A stretch of 32,000 nt of DNA from Mycoplasmoides genitalium G37 (lineage in GTDB: Bacteria > Bacillota_I > Bacilli_A > Mycoplasmatales > Mycoplasmoidaceae), in assembly GCF_000027325.1 (NCBI RefSeq), contig NC_000908.2, positions 480,001 through 512,000 on the forward strand, read 5' to 3'. The notes under the pieces are model-generated. The model was not told the DNA's origin. It did no database searches and saw nothing but the letters and a program-made list of their open reading frames with translations. Shown here in pieces: positions 22,422 through 32,000 of the stretch. The first letter of the stretch is position 1, and every line of letters begins with the position of its first letter. Made by a program: the position numbers and the translations under genes.

Positions 22422-22823
22422 TTATTTTTTCTTACTTGAAAGTTTTAATAGTTCAAACATTAAATTTTGTTCAATTTTAACGTTTAGCTTAGCATCCTTG
22501 ATATGGTGAATTTTTCTTTCAAGTTCTGTTTTTCTTTTTAAGGTTTCATTAATATCAACTTCATCAGCAAAAACAAAATTTTCTGTGAAAATCTTAGCTT
22601 CTGTTTTTTTAATAAGCATTAAACCAGCACCAATAATTGCTTCTCTTTTTGTTTGATCAGCAAAAATAATTTTGCACAGATGGGATTGAATAGCAGCAAT
22701 CAAAGGAGCGCGATTAAAATTTAATCCTATGTAACCTTCAGTAGTTTTAACTTGCGCACTAATAATGGTTTTATCTAGTTTTATGCCACTAGGACTAAGT
22801 ACCAAAAAGCGCAATAACTTCAT
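22422..22823 (-). CDS. atpC: F1 ATP synthase epsilon subunit
   Basis: ATG at 22821-22823 ([13 protein letters not shown]...), 133 aa, positioned after atpD. The track's extra 7 codons begin at a TTG inside atpD. Confidence 0.88.
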
Positions 22824-22827
22824 AAAA

Positions 22828-25098
<2,271 letters not shown>

Positions 25099-25099
<1 letters not shown>

Positions 25100-26655
25100 T
25101 AATTAAGTTCCTCAATACTACCAAATTTGGTAATATCATAATCTGTTAATGTACTGATAAAACGTTTCACAAGCATTTTAAAAGCGGTTTTAGTTTTACT
25201 TTCTAAATCCTCAGTAAATTCTTTTTTGTTAGATAACTCTTTAAACAGAGGATGGGAACCATTAAATTCTTCTGTTATCCTTTGTTTAAATTTAGCAATT
25301 TCATCAACTGGAATAAACTTAATGAAAGCTTTGTTAATAGCAAATAAAAATAATGCTTCATGGACTTGAGAGTAAGGTTTACCATTTGGTTGTTTAATCA
25401 TTTCCATTACTCTTTTACCATGCTCTAAAACCTTTTTTGTATTTTCATCAAGATCACTACCAAATTGACTAAAACTATCAAGTTCACTATACTGAGCAAG
25501 TTCTAGTTTTAAACTGCCAGTTTGCTGTTTAATCGCTTTTGTTTGTGCTGCACTACCAACCCTTGAAACTGATAAACCAATTTGAATTGCAGGGCGTTGT
25601 CCAGCGTTAAATAGACTACTAACCATAAACAGTTGGCCATCAGTAATTGAAATAACATTTGTAGGAATATATGCAGAGATATCACCAGCTTGAGTTTCTA
25701 TAATTGGTAAAGCTGTAATTGAGCCACCACCATTTTCATCATTTAACTTGCATGCACGTTCCAAAAGTCTTGAATGTAAATAAAAAACATCTCCTGGAAA
25801 AGCTTCTCTACCAGGTGGTCTTTTTAACAAGAGTGAAAGAGTTCTGTAAGCAACAGCATGCTTAGAAAGGTCATCAAATACAATCAAAACATCCTTTCCT
25901 TTTTTAAGTCAATATTCAGCAATAGTTATTCCTGTAAAAGGACTTAAATAAACCATGGAATCAGAGTCACTAGCTGTAGCACAAACCACTGTAGTGTATT
26001 TCATTGAATCATTAACTTCAAGTTGGTGTACAATTTGTGCTACTGATGAATTTTTTTGACCAATTGCTACATAAACACAATAAACATCTTTATCTTTTTG
26101 ATTAATGATAGTGTCAATCGCAATAGCAGTTTTACCTGTTTGTCTATCACCAACAATTAATTCACGTTGTCCTTTACCTATAGGAAATAAAGCATCAATT
26201 GTTAAGATTCCAGTTTCAAGTGGTTGGTTAACACTTTTCCTTTTCATTACACCTGGAGCAATTTTTTCTATTTGATCATATTCAGTAGCTTTAATATCAC
26301 CTCTACCATCAATTGCTTCACCAAGTGCATTGACGATTCTACCAAGCATAACATCACCAACAGGAGTTTTCATTACACTGTGGGTTCTTTTAGCGGTACT
26401 GCCTTCTCGTAACGAAGAATAGTCACCAAAAAGTGCTATTCCGACTGTATTTTGTTCAAGGTTTAATACTATTCCTTGAATATTATTTTCAAATTGAATT
26501 AACTCATTTAATAAAGCATTTTCAAGTCCACTAACCTTGGCAATTCCATCAGCAACACTAATGACTTGACCAATTTCACTGTTAAATATTTTTTTGGAAT
26601 ACTTTTTAATTTCAGTTTTGATTAATGCTACGTATTCATTTAGTTTATCTGCCAT
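25099..26655 (-). CDS. atpA: F1 ATP synthase alpha subunit
   Basis: Joins track ORFs 25909..26655 and 25099..25887 across TGA. Walker A GDRQTGKT. 518 aa. The stop overlaps the atpG ATG (TAATG). Confidence 0.97.
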
Positions 26656-26670
26656 AACTTCTCAATTAAC

Positions 26671-27201
26671 TTAAATAAAATGGGCCATTATGCGTTTTAA
26701 TTCATCACGCACATTTTTTTCAAATAAATGGGAACTTGATTCTATCCTAATTCCTGAAATTAAACTGCGATCAATCTCAGTTTTATAAACAACCTTTGTT
26801 TTAAAACGTTTTTCCATTATTGCAATAATTTTGTTAAGTTGTTTTGAGCTTAATTCAAAAGCAGTAATTATTTTGATAAATTGAATGTGTTTTTGACTTT
26901 CAACATTATCAAAAAAATACTTAATTGCCTGTTCAACTAAAGTAAAGTAACCCTTTAAAATAATTACTTTTAAAAAATCAACAAAAACTTGACAAAAATG
27001 ATTTTTAAACAACTTATCAACAAGTCTTATTTTATCTGGTTTTGTTAGTGTATAAGAATTAAGTAAGAACGATAATGAACCATCTTTAAAATTACGCATT
27101 AATTTCAGAAAAAAATGGCACTCTTCATAAATTTTCTTTACTTGTTTTTGCTCTTCACTTAATTGAAAAAGTGCAGTTCCAAATGCTTGTGCATTAATCA
27201 T
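26671..27201 (-). CDS. atpH: ATP synthase delta (OSCP) subunit
   Basis: Intact 176-aa ORF between atpF and atpA. C-terminus ...[26 protein letters not shown] is typical of delta. Confidence 0.88.
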
Positions 27202-27820
27202 CTTCTGTTTCGTTAGCTTCTAAATCTCTAATAAACTTATCAATAAATTCTCTATCTGATTTTTGATCTATTTTCTTGAGAATTAGTTCTTGTGCAGCCA
27301 ACATAGCCAATTCCACACTCTCTTTAATAGATTGTTCTTTAAGAGAACGTCTTTCTTTTTCAATTTCCTGACGAGCTTGAAAAATCATTAAGTTAGCTTG
27401 GCGATTTGCTGTTTTTTCTATTTCACTTTTTAATTGCAAAGCTTCATAGTTAGCTTGATCAACAATTTCTTTAGAAACTATTAGTGCTTTTTCATGCCTT
27501 TGATTAGATTCTTCAAGTAGATTTCTTGCTTGTTTTTCTAATTCATTAGCTTGTTTGATTTGTGCTTCTAGTAAATTTTTACGGTTATTTAAAAACCTTT
27601 GAGTTGGTTTTCAAAACAAGAAAATCATCAGTGTTAGTAAGATGAAAAATGCTAGTAAATGAGTAATAAATACCCAAAAGTTAGGAAAAAGTTCATTTAT
27701 TACTGAACTACTCTTAATTTCTCTAACATTCTCAGTACAAGAAACCAAAAATAAGCTGAGTGTAAAAAAGCTAAAAACTAATAAGCTTCATTTAAAGACA
27801 AGTTTTTTTGCCTTTACCAT
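27194..27820 (-). CDS. atpF: Fo ATP synthase subunit b with a lipoprotein-type signal peptide
   Basis: ATG at 27818-27820. [28 protein letters not shown] (lipobox LVSC, Cys28 at 27737-27739), then TM helix [23 protein letters not shown] and a long charged helix. 208 aa. It overlaps the atpH start by 8 nt. Confidence 0.9.
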
Positions 27821-27822
27821 CC

Positions 27823-28131
27823 TTAAGCTCCTGCTACAAAAATTAAGATAAAGGAAATTAAAAGTCCATAAATTGCTGTAGATTCAGAAACAGCAGAACC
27901 AATGAAAATTAGTTTAAAAACCTGTTTTTCAACTTCAGGATTTCTTGCTATTGCCTCAACAGCTTTACCAAAAATATAACCTTGTCCAATCCCTACAGTT
28001 GAACCTGCAATCATAGTAACACCAGCACCTATATAAGCACCTAGCTTAGCACTAGCGTTAACATCCTGGGTAGTTTGAGTTTGTTGTAATATAACACCAA
28101 CTGTAGCTAAAATTTCATTAACATGTTCCAT
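27823..28131 (-). CDS. atpE: Fo ATP synthase subunit c (proteolipid)
   Basis: Intact 102-aa ORF forming a helical hairpin: GIGQGYIFGKAVEAIARNPE loop and carboxylate helix AVSESTAIYGLL. Confidence 0.95.
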   Translation of the reverse strand: MEHVNEILATVGVILQQTQTTQDVNASAKLGAYIGAGVTMIAGSTVGIGQGYIFGKAVEAIARNPEVEKQVFKLIFIGSAVSESTAIYGLLISFILIFVAGA

Positions 28132-28133
28132 AA

Positions 28134-29012
28134 CTAAATATTTTCTTGAATTACCTTTATGCCTTTAAAGTGTAATTCACTTGCATTATTATTTTCCAAA
28201 CCTTGATTGCGCATTTTAGCCCAATAATTATAAGTCAACATTACAAAAACATAACCCTGCAATACACCTGCAATTACATCAAAATAGATGTGTAATACTG
28301 GGGTTATTAAACCTGCAAAAACTGTTCCTAAGCTAAGTGCTAATGGTTGGTTATTAATACTTGAAAAAATAAAAATTCAAAAGTTATAAAAAAGCGCCAA
28401 AATAACTGTGCCCGCTAATATGTTTCCCCATAACCTTAATGAAATAGAAAAAAGCGGTGCAAATCCACTCAATATACTAAAAGGATTTGGAATGAAAGTA
28501 GAATACTTTTTTCCTTTAACAGTAATTCCAAAGGCAAACTCTTTAAAAAAATTTCATCTTTGGTATCTAATCCCCATAACAACAATCCCAATAAAAGTTG
28601 CAAGTCCTAAAGAAAAAGTAAATGTTAAAGATGATGTTGGTGGTGAAATACCACCAAGCAAGCTAACTAAGTTGCTTGATACTATGTACAGAAGCAACAT
28701 TAAAAAGTAGGGAGCAAATTTCTTATTTTCCTCTCCTAAAAGATCTGCTGTTGTATCTTGTACCCAAACAAACAACATTTGAAATAAAAGCAAAAAATAT
28801 GAATTATTTTTTAAAGAATCTGCTTTTTTTAACTTAAGCTTATAAAAAATAAAAAAAGTTAGAAGCAGTACAAAAACAATAAAAATACCAAGAATTTGAT
28901 CAGTAGGGGCAAATGGTTTTCAACCGCTAATTGGTGAGATATCAAAAATACTTTGATTGGAAATGAAATCTATTTGATTAGTTTCTTTTAAAACTATCTC
29001 CCGTGGCGACAT
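28134..29012 (-). CDS. atpB: Fo ATP synthase subunit a
   Basis: ATG at 29010-29012. The frame is open across several TGA codons to TAG at 28134-28136, giving 292 aa. The conserved Arg motif SISLRLWGNILAG is present. The track shows only a 79-aa fragment. Confidence 0.92.
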
Positions 29013-29454
29013 GTTTTCTTTTCGATTTAGATATTAAATTGATAAAAAAATATTCTAAAGGTAACCAAACAAATGATAACACTAAATTTAGTATTGGAAA
29101 AAACAATGTTGAAATTATTGTTGCAATAGTGTTAAAAATTGACGGAGTGACAACAAAAGAAATAATCACAGGAATTAAATAAATTAAATATCTAGCTGTG
29201 AAAAAAAATGCAAAGAATGAAACTGCTTTTTGCTTTTTGACATTTTTCAAACTTGCAAAGAAAGATGCTAATCTTAAAACTGATAGTGAATTTAAAACAG
29301 CAAAAGGTAATGGCAACATTCAACCAAATAAAATGTCCAAATTATTGCCTTTTGTTAAAACAACAACTGCTATTAAAATTAGTACAAATAACCAAGCTAC
29401 AAAAATAATTAAGGTAATAATTTTTGCAACCTTTCTATTGTTTCAATTGAACAA
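28978..29454 (-). CDS. small 4-TM membrane protein in the atpI position of the atp operon
   Basis: The frame is open from the stop at 29467-29469 to TAA at 28978-28980. The first TM helix (IITLIIFVAWLFVLILIAVVVL) precedes the only ATG (29317-29319), so I take TTG 29452-29454 as start (158 aa); this start is uncertain. It overlaps atpB by 35 nt. Confidence 0.65.
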
Positions 29455-29459
29455 AACTT

Positions 29460-30836
<1,377 letters not shown>

Positions 30837-30866
30837 ATTAAATAGAAAAATATTGTTAATAAAATT

Positions 30867-30872
30867 ATTATA
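30867..30872 (-). promoter_or_regulatory. candidate -10 box (perfect TATAAT on the minus strand) for eno and the downstream atp genes
   Basis: The minus strand reads ...aaacaTATAATaatttt..., 30 nt upstream of the eno ATG, within the 66-bp divergent eno/msrA spacer. Confidence 0.35.
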
Positions 30873-30902
30873 TGTTTTAAGATTTCTATTAATTCAAGTA
30901 AT

Positions 30903-31376
30903 ATGAAAGAAATTTATTTTGGTGGTGGTTGTTTTTGAGGAATAGAAAAATATTTTCAACTTATTAAGGGTGTTAAAAAAACATCTGTTGGTTATCTCAA
31001 CTCTAGGATTAGAAATCCTAGTTATGAGCAGGTTTGTTCTGGTTATACTAATGCTGTTGAAGCTGTAAAAGTTGAATACGAAGAAAAAGAAATTTCTCTT
31101 TCAGAATTAATTGAAGCACTTTTTGAAGTTATTGATCCAACTATAAGAAATAGACAAGGTAATGATATTGGAACACAATATCGTACTGGTATTTATTGAA
31201 CTGATAGCAGTGATGAAAAAATAATTAATGATAAGTTCTTAAAACTTCAAAAAAACTACAGTAAACCAATTGTTACAGAAAATAAAAAAGTAGAAAATTA
31301 TTATCTTGCTGAAGAATACCATCAGGATTATTTAAAAAAGAATCCAAACGGTTATTGCCACATCAAATTTGACTAA
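30903..31376 (+). CDS. msrA: peptide methionine-S-sulfoxide reductase
   Basis: ATG at 30903. [18 protein letters not shown] has the catalytic GCFWG motif, whose Trp is TGA at 30936-30938. A second TGA lies in GIYWTD. TAA at 31374-31376, giving 157 aa. Entirely absent from the supplied ORF track. Confidence 0.93.
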
Positions 31377-32000
31377 TTAAATATTTCAGGATTTTTAATA
31401 AATAAAAAGGATTTAATGATGTTATAGCAATAATCATTAATCCGTTCAATATGTTTAACAGAAGCTACAAGATCAATTAAGAAAATCCTTTCAGTAACCT
31501 CATTTTTATTAATGGTTTCATAGTATTTTGTTAATACAAGGCGATATTGGTGCTCAAATTCAATAATAGTTTTGGTTGCATTTTCAAATTGTAATGTAAG
31601 TGGCTTTTCTTTATCTTGTAAACTTTCAAAGGTTTTCTTAAGGTTATTGAGCGCACTTTGATGCAAAGTAACTAGATTATTAAAAATCTTTATATCAAGA
31701 TGCAAATAATGTTCTATAAACTTAGTTAAATTATTAGCATAATCACAAATGCGTTCCAAGTCACGACTTGACATAATTATTGTGATTGTTAGGCGTAAAT
31801 GGCTAGCTAATGGAGAATTTTTAGAGATTGTCCAAATTGATTCATTAATTAATTTAAATTCAGACCTATTAGATTGGTCCTCCATTTCATAAATAGTTTT
31901 AATCAGTTCTTTGCGTTTTTCTAAATTATCTTCACAAAGTAATTGATTTAATGTTTCATGTGCATTGATTACGTGCTTAAAATACTCAAAAAAAAGCTTT
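31373..32000 (-). CDS. phoU: phosphate transport regulator PhoU-like protein (N-terminus beyond the window edge)
   Basis: TAG at 31373-31375. The frame is open past track ORF 31373..31885 to the window end. There are two PhoU-type helical repeats carrying E(R)I.DYA/C motifs ([22 protein letters not shown]). Confidence 0.85.
   Translation of the reverse strand, partial: KLFFEYFKHVINAHETLNQLLCEDNLEKRKELIKTIYEMEDQSNRSEFKLINESIWTISKNSPLASHLRLTITIIMSSRDLERICDYANNLTKFIEHYLHLDIKIFNNLVTLHQSALNNLKKTFESLQDKEKPLTLQFENATKTIIEFEHQYRLVLTKYYETINKNEVTERIFLIDLVASVKHIERINDYCYNIIKSFLFIKNPEIFN

Overview
This is an AT-rich, very gene-dense Mollicutes chromosome segment that only makes sense under genetic code 4 (UGA=Trp). 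The supplied standard-code ORF track splits 22 of the 31 CDSs at in-frame TGA and misses msrA and a 93-aa ORF entirely. After joining across TGA I find 31 CDSs and one tRNA-Arg(UCU).

Gene order: (partial CDS) - tRNA-Arg - udk > < nadE - obg - membrane protein - glpQ-like - P200-like 1616-aa protein - era - ybeY - small TM protein - C39-peptidase ABC exporter - pepA - groEL - groES - glyA - DUF31-like lipoprotein - 93-aa TM ORF - rpiB - 566-aa TM/coiled-coil protein - atpCDGAHFEB - atpI-position gene - eno < > msrA > < phoU (partial).

Gene order and product lengths match what I remember of Mycoplasma genitalium loci about MG381 to MG409. That is memory, not a database check. This is core housekeeping chromosome: I see no rRNA, CRISPR, transposase, integrase or phage genes, and no convincing novel multi-gene system.

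The observations most worth a second look are:
- a 93-aa two-TM ORF hidden by a TGA codon and overlapping the rpiB 3' end
- an orphan C39-peptidase ABC exporter with no visible double-glycine cargo
- a complete Na+-binding signature in the ATP synthase c subunit
- a lipobox on ATP synthase subunit b
- a GlpQ paralogue with a degraded active site
- an Era with G4 motif NKFH instead of NKxD
- an EzrA-like protein fused to the tail of the atp operon
- the giant acidic EAGR-box protein, which carries a near-perfect 232-bp in-frame direct repeat
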